DNA of 64,000 nucleotides from Pedosphaera sp. (GCA_031414955.1 JANOQV010000067.1:13062-77061); one strand, 5' to 3'; positions 48,901 through 57,796 are shown, counted from the stretch's first letter. Notes: generated by a model from the letters alone, not told the origin. Program-made: numbers and translations.

Positions 48901-49065
48901 AAAGTCACCGGCACCCTCAACAAACCCAAGTCCGAGCCGCTCTACGTGCCGAAGATCTTCATGGTGCCCTTCCACCCGTTGCGCAGCCTGCGGGAGTTGA
49001 TGGAGATCGGCAAAGAGGAGCCGGCCCCGCCCGCTCCGCCGGTTCCGCCCAAGCCGGCAGAATGA
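45925..49065 (+). CDS. AsmA-like (AsmA_2 C-terminal) protein
   Basis: N-terminal TM, long beta-rich body, and C-terminal GLIWEVPVFG..A.F.I.N..I.TDNLEI..LEYKVTGTL.KP. Confidence 0.8.
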   Translation: MGRRWQSRGWRIARRTFRWCRITVWLLLLTLLVTAIWLHYYGLPGFMKDQLVVALRERGLELQFTRMRLAWDRGVVADNIQFGRSGQPRGPRASAKEAEVHLNFQDLIRLRLDIKGVALRGGHVTLPIWGTNDQPRDLVIEKLNGELRFLPDDAWNLTGLSAESFGVELLLGGTITHASEIRHWKFGLQKPDPRSAQAFWHDFIRQFEETQFQPPTKIVGNLSGDARDLRTFRASLRVTSPAIDSPWGRGTNFNLTAQITPAPGELIHAEVRLQAEHADTRWGQAQSVQLEAQITPSLTQWTPTNAHLDLQLKRASTPWAGAASLSIKADFRPNPSDPASALAEYTIRGQQIQGQWARFAQAELSAAGVVSASNAWPVSARTKFQFAGGEIDAGRASAGTIEASLVLPPLATLQLTNAALSWWSRLDQVQGEVAAQLSDVHAPKLDLKSLRLKSSWHSPLLLVPELNAELYDGTLQGSARLDTGTRRLSAQIKSDFDPQKAGPLLGTNAQQWLTQFGWAQPPKLSAQLLVTLPVWTNQALWNATDWPDEVLPTLALEGGFQVGPIKGRGVALRGAQSDFAYSNRIWRLPTLVLTTPEGQARIAHVANLATRDFSFVLDSRIDPRLIQPLLGPQAQQAIDEFTLTSPPEIHAEIAGRWSELENLTARATIAITNAGYRQQVALEARALITFTNRVLSIVDPVVVRPEGTGYADSVVLDFPRQRLFLNHAHGSLDARAVVTAVGSNVAQLMEPYRFLQAPHGRVDGYVNLEDGSLSDLRFQLGGGPFEWRTFRFQQITGDIHWAGTSLTVSNIQGTMHGGTMEASMKLGFTARDGVNFAFASTVTNINLRSFIKDVGNTTNTLEGTMGGRLVITKANSDDPKSWFGHGDTSLKDGLIWEVPVFGLFSPVLNLVVPGSGNNRAKEADATFVITNSVIRTDNLEIQASGMRLTYDGWIDFDTRLDGRMEAALFRDTPGLGPVVSTVFWPVTKLLEYKVTGTLNKPKSEPLYVPKIFMVPFHPLRSLRELMEIGKEEPAPPAPPVPPKPAE

Positions 49066-49078
49066 GGCCGCGACTTTT

Positions 49079-51412
49079 TTACGGCAGCCAGACGGCGCGA
49101 AAGAATTGCGGCCCGTTCGTCGCTGGAGTGGTCAAGGTGAAGGTGCCGTTGGTGGGGAAGTGCGGTTCGCTCACCGTCACCCAGTTCGTCAAGCTGGCCG
49201 AGCCTTCCACGCGGTAAGCGTAGCCATCCAGCGCCTGGCAACGCAGCTCGATGCACGGCCCCGCCCGCGTGGCGAGCACCACCGGGTCGGCGCGCACCAG
49301 CGCGAGCAGTTGGGACGGCAGCAACTCATAGGCTTCGTCGTTCAAGCCATGGGACGGCTGGAAATCCGCGAGGTTCAACCACGGCGAGGCGCTGCTCAAC
49401 TCCGGCACGGCGAGGAAACCGGCGACCTCCGCGAAATACTGTCCGGGCTGCGCGGTGCGGTGGCGGCTGATCCCGTCCACCAGCGGGGCGAGTTGCGGCG
49501 AGGCGGCGGTGATGGTGTCGATGTCGAATTGCAGTTGGGTGAAGAGGGTCGGGTTGCTCAAGGAGTTGGAGAGAACGGTCAGCCCGCTGAATGTGGCCGC
49601 CCAGACCGCCGCGCTGGTGGTGTTCACCGACGTGAGCGCGCGCGGATCGTTGGTGTTGAACAGCGAGGCGATCAACGCGACCAGCCGCCAGTCATTCGTC
49701 GGGTGCGTGCGTGCCTCGGGGCTGTGCTGGAGCCAGGTGAACAGCGGGGCGGCGTCCGCTTTCAGATAGAGCGTCTGCCACGGGGTGCCACGATGAACGC
49801 GCCCGAGCCAGCCCGGGGCGAGCGGCGTGTTGACGGGGAAATCCCAGTCGTCGGCACCATAGACATGCGGGTCGCGCACCGAGCGGTCGTGAGCGGAAGG
49901 GTCCGTATTTGAACTCAACGGATTTCCACTCCAAGGCGAGTAACTTGAGTTCAGCCTGCCGAGACTGGAAGGCGCAATGTTCGTCGCCGGTTGGTTCGGT
50001 CTCAGATACTGATAGTTTGAAGTCGGCCCGTAGTTGAGGTCACTCGCACGATGGTGAATCAGCGGATCATTCGCCTGCCAGGTGGTGGCAATCGCGAGCC
50101 GGGCCGCCGGGTTGAACGGCGCGACCATGGCCAGTGAGCTGTTGGTCTGGATCAGGTTCGTGGTCAGTTGGGTAAAACCCCAAAAGACCCGGAACATGTC
50201 GATGGCCAGATCCTTGGCTCCTTGGCTCAGGGTTGGAGACAACGTGAACGAACGCCATTCCGCCAGCGATGTCGTTATGTTTCCCAGACTAATATCCATC
50301 TGCCGACGAATGCCTTCGGTCGGACCGCTGGGACCGAGGAGGCGGTTTGTGTTCCATACGCCAGCCATCGTCGCCGAGACGCCGCCGATTGCCTGAAAGG
50401 GATTCACTCCACCGACGAGGCGCTGGTGCAGGTCCGTGCTCTGCATCGCGTCCAGGAGAACGAAGTCGATGAGCCGCCCGCCGTCCGTCATGAGAACTTG
50501 CAGGCGATTCGACACGGCGAGAATCCAGTAGGGCAGCGGAAAGCCCGGCATGTTCGTCTCAAAAGCATTCGTGCTCGTGTTGTCGAAAGTGTTGTTCGCG
50601 AATCGATAGACCGCGTTGCTCAGGAACCCCTGGTTCGTGGCCATCGGCACCGCGAAACCGCGCATGATTCCGCCCAGCCAGCCCGCCGCGATGTTCGTCG
50701 TGGCGCTGGCCGTCAGCACACGGCCCGTCTGCCAACCGAGGTCGTTGCTCATCCACAGTGTGGTCAGGTTGGACACCGAGAGCGTCACCGCGCGCGGATA
50801 CGGGCCGGACACCGTGGAGTCGTGGGAATTCCACGCCTCCACGCCGAGAAAGTTGGACAGGCCGACCACATACATCTGGTTGGTGGCATTGGGGAAGATT
50901 CCGATTCGCGGCGGAGCCGTCCGCGTGATCTGCAATTTGCGCTGCACCAGCACATCACTGCGCAGGGTGAACTCGTTGAAGTTCGGGAACCCCGGGCGGG
51001 CCGCGATGACCATCGGCAGACCGTAAGGATTTGTTTCGAGCCACGCGTCCACCGTGCTGGCGCGGTTGTCGTTCGTGAACCCGGCCAGGAAGACGCCATT
51101 GCTCCGCACCTCAAACCAAGGACGGAACACCGCTGGGAATTCGTTCGTGGAAGTGGCGTCGTAGAGGTTCGCCGTGACCTGAAACAGCCGATGAACGGCG
51201 GGTTCATACTGATTCGTGGGTGCGACTTGAATCTCCGTGAGCCGCAGGCCGAGTTGTTGTTGGAGCAGGCGGTCGGCGAGGTTCGTGAAGAAAACCTCGG
51301 GCGGATCGAGCGGGGGCAAGGCGGCCCGGGCCGTCGTCCCGCCGGCCAGCAGCGCGAACCAAACAACCGGGAGCAGCAGGCGCAGGCGGCGATAATGGCA
51401 GGCTTGATTCAT
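49079..51412 (-). CDS. Large secreted Asn/Thr-rich hypothetical protein
   Basis: Signal peptide from ATG 51412; motifs FFTNLADRLL, WLGRVHRGTPWQTLYLK and HPTNDW; C-terminal YRVE.S.SLTNW...QFFRA domain. Confidence 0.8.
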   Translation of the reverse strand: MNQACHYRRLRLLLPVVWFALLAGGTTARAALPPLDPPEVFFTNLADRLLQQQLGLRLTEIQVAPTNQYEPAVHRLFQVTANLYDATSTNEFPAVFRPWFEVRSNGVFLAGFTNDNRASTVDAWLETNPYGLPMVIAARPGFPNFNEFTLRSDVLVQRKLQITRTAPPRIGIFPNATNQMYVVGLSNFLGVEAWNSHDSTVSGPYPRAVTLSVSNLTTLWMSNDLGWQTGRVLTASATTNIAAGWLGGIMRGFAVPMATNQGFLSNAVYRFANNTFDNTSTNAFETNMPGFPLPYWILAVSNRLQVLMTDGGRLIDFVLLDAMQSTDLHQRLVGGVNPFQAIGGVSATMAGVWNTNRLLGPSGPTEGIRRQMDISLGNITTSLAEWRSFTLSPTLSQGAKDLAIDMFRVFWGFTQLTTNLIQTNSSLAMVAPFNPAARLAIATTWQANDPLIHHRASDLNYGPTSNYQYLRPNQPATNIAPSSLGRLNSSYSPWSGNPLSSNTDPSAHDRSVRDPHVYGADDWDFPVNTPLAPGWLGRVHRGTPWQTLYLKADAAPLFTWLQHSPEARTHPTNDWRLVALIASLFNTNDPRALTSVNTTSAAVWAATFSGLTVLSNSLSNPTLFTQLQFDIDTITAASPQLAPLVDGISRHRTAQPGQYFAEVAGFLAVPELSSASPWLNLADFQPSHGLNDEAYELLPSQLLALVRADPVVLATRAGPCIELRCQALDGYAYRVEGSASLTNWVTVSEPHFPTNGTFTLTTPATNGPQFFRAVWLP

Positions 51413-51557
51413 CTCGAATGGCGGCACGATAGCAGTCCCGCGCTGCTTGTCAGGCTTGAAGTCAGCTCTCGGCGGAATGCGAGTGCAGCTTGAAACGGTA
51501 ATGGAAGCGCCACCGGAGACAGCAGGGCGGCGCGCCAAGGACAGCGCCGCTCGCCCG

Positions 51558-52568
51558 TCAAAAATCAAACCCGTCGATGTTGTCCTTGTTGAAGACGAAG
51601 GGCTTGCCCAGCAGGATGCTGTCGCCCTTGATTTCAAACTCACCCATCGGTCCCGCCTTGAAGCTCTTGTCGCCGGCCTTGAGTGAACCCGTCGCCAGCG
51701 CGTGCGCCGCGCGAACAGTCAGCGCGCCGAGGTCGGTGGTCTTCCAGAGGATCACGCTCTGGGTCACGCCTTCCTTCACGTACTTCCTGTTCTCGCTCGG
51801 CAGGCCGAGGCCGATGACGCTCACCCTGCCCGTCTTGCCCGCCTGCTTCACCGCTTCCGCCGCACCGGGCACGGCCGGCGAGCAGATGGCCATGATGAGT
51901 TTCAGATTCGGATTCGCACTCAGCAACGTCGTGGCTTCGGCCTGGGCCTTGTCCTTCAAATCGTCGCATGGGCGCAGCGCCACCATTTTCATCTTGGGAT
52001 ACTTCGAGGCGCGGCGCGCTTCGATGTGCTTCTGCCACTCGTTCATGTTCGCGGCGGTGAGGCTCGCGGTGATGATGGCGAACTCGCCGTCCTCGCCGCA
52101 CAGGCGCGCGGCCTCGTCCATCAAGCCGTAGCCGATGCCCTCGGGCGTGGCCTGGTTCACGAAGAACGAGCGCGCATCCGTCACCGCGTCGGAATCGTAG
52201 GTGATGACCTTGATGCCCTTCTGCTGGGCCTTGCGCAGCGCGGTGGAAATGCCCTCCTTGTTCTCGCAGGCGGCGGCGATGACATCCACGCCGAGCGTGA
52301 TCCAATTCTCGATGATCTCATTCTGCTTGGCCGGGTCGGGCGTGGTCGGGCCGTCGAAGATCAGTTCCACGCCCAGTTCCCTGGCCGCCGCGTCCGCGCC
52401 CTGCTTGCACGAGACGAAGTAGGCGTTGCCCTTCGACTTGGGCATGAGCGCCACGGTGATTTTCTTGCCGCTGCTGGTCGCGGGAGTGCTGCTGGTCGAA
52501 TCCGATTTACCGCAGCCCGTGAACAGGGCAACCAGAGATAGGGCAAGGAATGAAGCAATGCGTTTCAT
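51558..52568 (-). CDS. Sugar ABC transporter substrate-binding lipoprotein (RhaS/LsrB-like)
   Basis: Lipobox FTGC; MPKSKGNAYF, GPTTPDPAKQ, ITYDSD and LWKTTDLG. Confidence 0.9.
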   Translation of the reverse strand: MKRIASFLALSLVALFTGCGKSDSTSSTPATSSGKKITVALMPKSKGNAYFVSCKQGADAAARELGVELIFDGPTTPDPAKQNEIIENWITLGVDVIAAACENKEGISTALRKAQQKGIKVITYDSDAVTDARSFFVNQATPEGIGYGLMDEAARLCGEDGEFAIITASLTAANMNEWQKHIEARRASKYPKMKMVALRPCDDLKDKAQAEATTLLSANPNLKLIMAICSPAVPGAAEAVKQAGKTGRVSVIGLGLPSENRKYVKEGVTQSVILWKTTDLGALTVRAAHALATGSLKAGDKSFKAGPMGEFEIKGDSILLGKPFVFNKDNIDGFDF

Positions 52569-52705
52569 GTCAGTTTGGGTTCGATTGATTTCGCGGCAGA
52601 CTGCCGCCGTGCGCGCCACCCGGCGAGAAGTTTTGGCAGCCACCCGCTGGCCAGGGCCAACAGCAGCAGCGCACCGGTCATCATGCCGGAGAGTTCGCTG
52701 GCGGT
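52565..52705 (-). pseudogene. Vestigial original 3' end of the ABC permease
   Basis: 52650-52705 matches 53279-53334 at 49/56 nt with identical peptide TASELSGMMTGALLLLALA. The frame stays open to a TGA overlapping the SBP ATG. Confidence 0.9.
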
Positions 52706-52707
52706 AC

Positions 52708-52962
52708 TCAGCGATAAATCTCCCGGCGATGACCGGCGGTAATGACCAGGATTTGAAGTTGCCGATCATGGATTTCGTAAATCACCCGGTAGTCGCCGAC
52801 GCGAATCCGCCACGCGTCGCGGCCTTTCAGTTTCTTCACATCCGCCGGGCGCGGATTAGCTTCCAACTGCGCCAGCCTCGCCAGGACTCGCTTCACCACT
52901 TCATCCGGCAAGCGATCCAGTTCCTTCTGGACCGACTTCGGCAGGATGACGCGATACCTCAT
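52708..52962 (-). CDS. relE: RelE/StbE-family toxin
   Basis: KELDRLP...NPRP..VKKLKG..WRIRVGDYRVIYEI...GHRREIYR. Confidence 0.93.
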   Translation of the reverse strand: MRYRVILPKSVQKELDRLPDEVVKRVLARLAQLEANPRPADVKKLKGRDAWRIRVGDYRVIYEIHDRQLQILVITAGHRREIYR

Positions 52963-53186
52963 TTGCTCTTGGTCCGCTTGGCCCGGTAATCCACGAGGGA
53001 GGAGAACTTCCCAGCCTTGAGTTCAGTCGTCACCTTGGGGCGGGCTGCGTCGTAGGCCCGGATGTCCGCCAAATCCTCCTCGGCTTCACGCAGCCGCTCG
53101 TAGGTCTTCAGGTCCAGCAGCACGCCCACTTGCTTGCCCTTGGCATCGGTGACGAATTGTTCGTCCTTGAGCACGAGTGCTTTCAT
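52959..53186 (-). CDS. Antitoxin partner of RelE
   Basis: QFVTDAKGKQVGVLLDLKTYERL..EEDLADIRAYDAA; ATGA overlap with the toxin. Confidence 0.85.
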   Translation of the reverse strand: MKALVLKDEQFVTDAKGKQVGVLLDLKTYERLREAEEDLADIRAYDAARPKVTTELKAGKFSSLVDYRAKRTKSK

Positions 53187-53193
53187 GGTCGGA

Positions 53194-53222
53194 ACCCTAC
53201 CCGCCCGTGGTGTGGCCGACAA
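53194..53222 (-). promoter_or_regulatory. Putative sigma70-type promoter for the TA pair, embedded in the new permease tail
   Basis: TTGTCG-17 nt-TAGGGT, then 7 nt before the ATG at 53186. The TAG of the -10 element is the permease stop codon. Confidence 0.5.
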
Positions 53223-54225
53223 CCCTTTGGTCACGCTTCGTTCGCAATGACGCGAGATACTTCGGAACAAGCGCTCCCGCCAACGCCAGCAGCAGCAAGG
53301 CGCCGGTCATCATGCCAGAGAGTTCGCTGGCGGTGTTCATGAGGGCCGGGATGCGCGAGAGGCCGTTGCTCAGCACCGCGATGGCTGCCACGCCGAGCAG
53401 CGTGCCATGCACCGAGCCGAGTCCGCCGAAGATGCTCGTGCCGCCCAGCACCACCGCCGTGATGGCGAAAAGTTCGTAGCCCATGCCCGCGTCCGCCTTG
53501 GCCGTGCCGAAGCGCGCCGTGTAAGTCAACGAAGCCAGCGCCGCGATCACGCCCGCCAGCACATAAGCCAGCGCCAGTCGCCGCTCGACGGGCAGGCCCG
53601 CGTAGCGCGCCCCTTCCGGCGCGAAGCCGATGGCGCGAAAGGACCGCCCCAGCGTGGTGCGATGCACCAGCAGCCACACGCCAATGGCTACGGCGATCAG
53701 AATCCACGCCTGCGTCGGTAGTCCCGCGACATGGCCGGTGCCGAGGAAGAGAAACGACTCGGGGAAATTCGTGAAAGCATCCGTGCCTTGCGTGATGGCC
53801 TCGGCCAGCCCGCGGAACAGCGAGTAGGTGCCGAGTGTGACGATGAGCGGCGGCAACCGCAGCCAGGTGATAAGCAGGGCGTTGAACCCGCCGCACATCG
53901 CCCCAATGCCCAGCGTGCAGACGCCCGCCAGCCACGGCGGCAGGCCGGCGTCGCGCCACAGTTTGCCGAAGAGTACCGCGCACAGCCCGAGCATTGAACC
54001 GACGGAGAGGTCGATGCCGCCGGTGAGAATGATCGGCGTCATCACCAGTGCGAGCAGCCCGATCTCGACCGAGTGGCGCACGATGTTGAGCAGATTGTCG
54101 GAGGTGCCAAAGCGCCGGCCAGCGAGGTTGAAATAAACCAGTTCCACCGCCAGCAGGAGCAGCAGGATGGTTTCATGGCGGAGGAAAACTGATCTCCACC
54201 CGGCGGGTTGCGTCACGGTGTTCAC
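53197..54225 (-). CDS. Sugar ABC transporter permease (RbsC/RhaQ-like)
   Basis: ILTGGIDLSVGS, LPPLIVTLGT, GRSFRAIG and YELFAITAVVLGGTSIFGG. Confidence 0.93.
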   Translation of the reverse strand: MNTVTQPAGWRSVFLRHETILLLLLAVELVYFNLAGRRFGTSDNLLNIVRHSVEIGLLALVMTPIILTGGIDLSVGSMLGLCAVLFGKLWRDAGLPPWLAGVCTLGIGAMCGGFNALLITWLRLPPLIVTLGTYSLFRGLAEAITQGTDAFTNFPESFLFLGTGHVAGLPTQAWILIAVAIGVWLLVHRTTLGRSFRAIGFAPEGARYAGLPVERRLALAYVLAGVIAALASLTYTARFGTAKADAGMGYELFAITAVVLGGTSIFGGLGSVHGTLLGVAAIAVLSNGLSRIPALMNTASELSGMMTGALLLLALAGALVPKYLASLRTKRDQRVVGHTTGG

Positions 54226-55139
54226 ATCTTGAGCCAGTCGAAGAACCCGAGCCTCTCCAAGTCCACGCGCAGAGCCGCCTCCCGCTCGCGGTTCAGGCTG
54301 CCGTTCGGCAGACGCGCCGGGCCGACATCCACGCCCAGCATCTTCATCGTGGCCTTGGCCGCGCCCATGTAGCCGCGCGAGGCGAGCGTGGAGATGAGTT
54401 GCACCGAGCGATACTGCTCGTCGCGCGCCGTCTTGAGATCGCCGGCCGCGAAGGCGCGCAACACTCGGTGATAAACTGGCGCGGCGAAATTAAACGAGCT
54501 GCCCACCGCTCCGGTCGCGCCCAATGCCGCCGCCGCCAACAGATATTCATCGCAGCCCCACGGGATGCTGAACGCGCCGCCTTCGAAGCGCAGGCATTGC
54601 TGGAACATCATCAGGTCCGGGTTGGTGAACTTGAGGCCGGCCAGGTTTGGAATGCGTTCGCGTGCGATGCCCAGAAACTCTGGCATCGGAAGCGTGAAGC
54701 CGGTGAGGACCGGAATGTCATAGTAGAAAAACGGCAGCTCAGGCGCGGCGGCGGCGATGTCGGCGCAGCAATCGACCAGCGCGGCGACGCTGCGTGGCTT
54801 GAAGTAACTCGGGGCCAGCGCGCTCACGGCGGCGGCTCCGAGCGATTGGGCCAGCGCCGCCAGCGTGCGCGCATCGGCCAGACAGTTCGCGCCGACATGG
54901 ACGATGACCTTCAGTTCCGAGCCGCGCGCGACTTCCATCCAACGCACGGCCAGGGCGCGACGTTCATCGAGCGTGAGGGAGTGGCTTTCGCCTGTGCTGC
55001 CGCAGATGAAGGCGAGCTTCACGCCGTTGGCCAGCAGATGTGCGGCCTGCTTCTCGACGATGGCGAGGTTCAGCGAACCGTCAGCGTGGAATGGTGAATG
55101 CGTGGCGGCGACGAGGCCAGTGATGGGAAACTGTTTCAT
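54222..55139 (-). CDS. DHDPS/N-acetylneuraminate lyase-family aldolase
   Basis: CGSTGES, YYDIPVLTG and GLKFT (Schiff-base Lys). Confidence 0.88.
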   Translation of the reverse strand: MKQFPITGLVAATHSPFHADGSLNLAIVEKQAAHLLANGVKLAFICGSTGESHSLTLDERRALAVRWMEVARGSELKVIVHVGANCLADARTLAALAQSLGAAAVSALAPSYFKPRSVAALVDCCADIAAAAPELPFFYYDIPVLTGFTLPMPEFLGIARERIPNLAGLKFTNPDLMMFQQCLRFEGGAFSIPWGCDEYLLAAAALGATGAVGSSFNFAAPVYHRVLRAFAAGDLKTARDEQYRSVQLISTLASRGYMGAAKATMKMLGVDVGPARLPNGSLNREREAALRVDLERLGFFDWLKM

Positions 55140-55606
55140 GAATTGAGGGGAGCTTCGACCGTCACGGCGGTCTTGATGGAATTGGCGATGAAGCATTGCT
55201 CATGCGCCGCGAGGTGCAGGCGATCAAGGTCGGCCGTCTTCGGGAGTTGGTCACCACTCCAGACGATTCGAGGCCGCAGCTTCACGGTGCTGACCCAGGG
55301 CACGCCGCGTTCGTTCTTGGTCATCAAACCCACTGCTTCATCCTCGTAGCTGTCGGCCATGAACCCGGCGCGCGAGGCAAGCCAGACGAAGGTGAGCATG
55401 TGACAGCTTGAGATGGAAGCAACGAAGGCTTCCTCGGGGTCAACGCTCGCCGCGTTCGACCACGGCGCGGGCACGACGGAGGGCGAAGGGGACGCTGGCA
55501 CCATCAGCCCGCCGTCGAAAGTCCACGAATGCGCGCGCGAGAATTTGCCCTTCAGGAAGTCAGGCCCGGTGCGCGCCCAGCGAATGATGGCTTTGTGTTC
55601 TGACAT
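55136..55606 (-). CDS. OsmC-family protein
   Basis: DPEEAFVASISSCHMLTF and AHEQCFIANS. Confidence 0.92.
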   Translation of the reverse strand: MSEHKAIIRWARTGPDFLKGKFSRAHSWTFDGGLMVPASPSPSVVPAPWSNAASVDPEEAFVASISSCHMLTFVWLASRAGFMADSYEDEAVGLMTKNERGVPWVSTVKLRPRIVWSGDQLPKTADLDRLHLAAHEQCFIANSIKTAVTVEAPLNS

Positions 55607-55663
55607 GGGCGGGATTTTGCGGAACCATTCCGATACTGCAATCGTTTGCTCAATCGCCCCGCT

Positions 55664-55774
55664 CGGCGCGCGGGCTTTCCAGCCCGCAGCGATGGGGGAC
55701 GACGAATGGCCTCGGCGTGGAAGGAAGCGGTCGGTGCCTCGAGCGTTGCTGCGGACTGGAAAGTCCGCGCGCCG
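55664..55774. repeat. REPIN-like inverted repeat
   Basis: cggcgcgcgggctttccagcccgcagc mirrored by gctgcggactggaaagtccgcgcgccg; same ctttccag/ctggaaag core as 21569-21689. Confidence 0.85.
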
Positions 55775-55850
55775 TGGGCGGGGCAAGTTGCGCCCCAGCC
55801 AGACTCTCGACGTTGGACTTTGCGCCTTCCGTCCGGCATAAATCCGCGCC

Positions 55851-57203
55851 ATGCATGATTTTCGTTATGTCGGTAAGAAGCTGTTCTGCGAACGTGTGAG
55901 CATTGAGTCGCTCGTGAAGAAACACGGCACGCCGCTCTACGTCTATTCCCAGCACACGCTCGAAGACCATTTCCGCAAGCTCGACTCCGCGCTCGGCGAC
56001 CTCGACCACCTGATTTGTTACGCCATGAAGGCGAACTCGAACCTGGCCGTGATGCGCACGTTCGCGAATCTCGGCAGCGGGTTTGACACGGTGAGCGCAG
56101 GTGAGATCAAGCGCGTCATTGCGGCGGGCGGCGACCCGCGCAAGTGCGTGTTCGCCGGCGTGGGCAAGACCGAGGGAGAAATCGAGTTCGCGCTGAAGAA
56201 GGGTATTTACGCCTTCAACGTGGAAAGTGAGCCGGAATTGCAGCGCATTAACAAGGTCGCCGCGCGGCTGAAAAAGATCGCGCCCGTGGCCGTGCGCGTG
56301 AACCCGAACATCGACGCCGGCACGCACGCCAAGATCACCACCGGCACTTACGAGAACAAGTTTGGCATCGCCTTCGAGCAGGTCGAGGGCGTTTATGCGC
56401 GCGCGAGCAAGCTGAAGAATCTGCGGCTGCGCGGCATCCAGATGCACATTGGCTCGCAGCTCACGCAGGTGAAACCCTTCGAGCTGGCGGTGAAGAAGGT
56501 CTTACCGCTCGTGCAGAAGCTGGCGGCGAAATACCGCTTCGAGTTCTTCAGCATCGGGGGCGGGCTGGGCATCATCTACAATCCAGCCCTGGCCAGCGGT
56601 TCAGCAGCTTGGTGGCAAAGCAAAGAAGCGAAGAACATTCTCACGCCCGCCCGCTACGCCGCGCGGCTCGTGCCGTTGCTCAAGCCGCTCGGGCTGAAGA
56701 TTCTGCTGGAGCCGGGCCGCTTCATGGTCGGCAACGCCGGCATTCTCGCAACGCGCGTCGAGTACGTGAAGCGCACGGGCCGGAAGAATTTCGTCATCGT
56801 GGATGCGGCGATGAACGATCTCATCCGCCCGGCGTTCTACGATTCCTATCACGAAATCGTGCCCCTCACGAAGAAGGGCGGCGTGCCCGTCTCCAGTGAC
56901 GTGGTCGGCCCGATCTGCGAATCAGGCGACTACTTCGCCAAGGATCGTCCGCTCCCGAAAGTCGGCGAAGGCGATCATCTCGCGCTCTTGAGCGCCGGCG
57001 CCTACGGCTTCGTCATGGCCTCAAACTACAACTCACGCGGCTTCGCGGCCGAGGTGCTGGTGAAGGGCAACAAGTCCGAAGTGGTGAGGCCGCGTCAGGG
57101 CGTGGAGGACATTTGGCAGAGCGAAAAGCTGCCAGGGTGGTTGCAAAAGAAAACTGCAATGCCGTTTTGTTCTGTTGCTGAATTACTGGCCGAAGTTCGC
57201 TAA
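55851..57203 (+). CDS. lysA: Diaminopimelate decarboxylase
   Basis: YAMKANSN, HIGSQ, EPGR, VVGPICESGD and GAYG..MASNYN. Confidence 0.95.
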   Translation: MHDFRYVGKKLFCERVSIESLVKKHGTPLYVYSQHTLEDHFRKLDSALGDLDHLICYAMKANSNLAVMRTFANLGSGFDTVSAGEIKRVIAAGGDPRKCVFAGVGKTEGEIEFALKKGIYAFNVESEPELQRINKVAARLKKIAPVAVRVNPNIDAGTHAKITTGTYENKFGIAFEQVEGVYARASKLKNLRLRGIQMHIGSQLTQVKPFELAVKKVLPLVQKLAAKYRFEFFSIGGGLGIIYNPALASGSAAWWQSKEAKNILTPARYAARLVPLLKPLGLKILLEPGRFMVGNAGILATRVEYVKRTGRKNFVIVDAAMNDLIRPAFYDSYHEIVPLTKKGGVPVSSDVVGPICESGDYFAKDRPLPKVGEGDHLALLSAGAYGFVMASNYNSRGFAAEVLVKGNKSEVVRPRQGVEDIWQSEKLPGWLQKKTAMPFCSVAELLAEVR

Positions 57204-57796
57204 CGGCTCAATGCCGCCGGCGAGAGCTTCGAATGGCACCGCATGGTGCGCACATCGACGGCTTCCATGCCGGCCGCGCGGAGGGCGGTCAGGCCGATGT
57301 CGGTGTCCTCGTAGCCGCGGCAATGGCGCGGGTCCACGTCGATGCGACGGGCGGCTTCGAGGAAGATGTCAGGCGCGGGCTTCTGGTTGACCACCATCTC
57401 GCTAGTCACGACGGCGTTGAAGAAATGGCGGATGCCAAGTTGCTCCAGCACGCGGCAGATGATCACCTGGTTGCCGCCCGATGCGACCGCCATGGGAATT
57501 TTCCCGTGGTGTTCGCGGGCGATGGCCACGACTTCGTCGATGAGTGTCACCTCGTGCATGATGCGCAGGTATTCCTCCTCTTTCTCCTTGGCCACGGCGA
57601 GCGGATCGATATTCAGGCTTTGCTCAACGCGCAGGAGCTTGAGGATGTCGCGGGAGGGCACGCCGCCCATGGCGTAAAAACGTTCCTCGGGGAAATGCAC
57701 GCCGTGGCGCCCGGTGACGTTGTTCCACGCGCGCCAGTGCAGCGGCATGGTGTCGGCCAGAGTGCCGTCGCAATCGAAGATGATTCCTTTGATCAT
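57200..57796 (-). CDS. HAD-family phosphatase (YqaB/beta-PGM-like)
   Basis: FDCDGTLADTMPLH, KPAPDIFL and YEDTDIG. Confidence 0.92.
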   Translation of the reverse strand: MIKGIIFDCDGTLADTMPLHWRAWNNVTGRHGVHFPEERFYAMGGVPSRDILKLLRVEQSLNIDPLAVAKEKEEEYLRIMHEVTLIDEVVAIAREHHGKIPMAVASGGNQVIICRVLEQLGIRHFFNAVVTSEMVVNQKPAPDIFLEAARRIDVDPRHCRGYEDTDIGLTALRAAGMEAVDVRTMRCHSKLSPAALSR

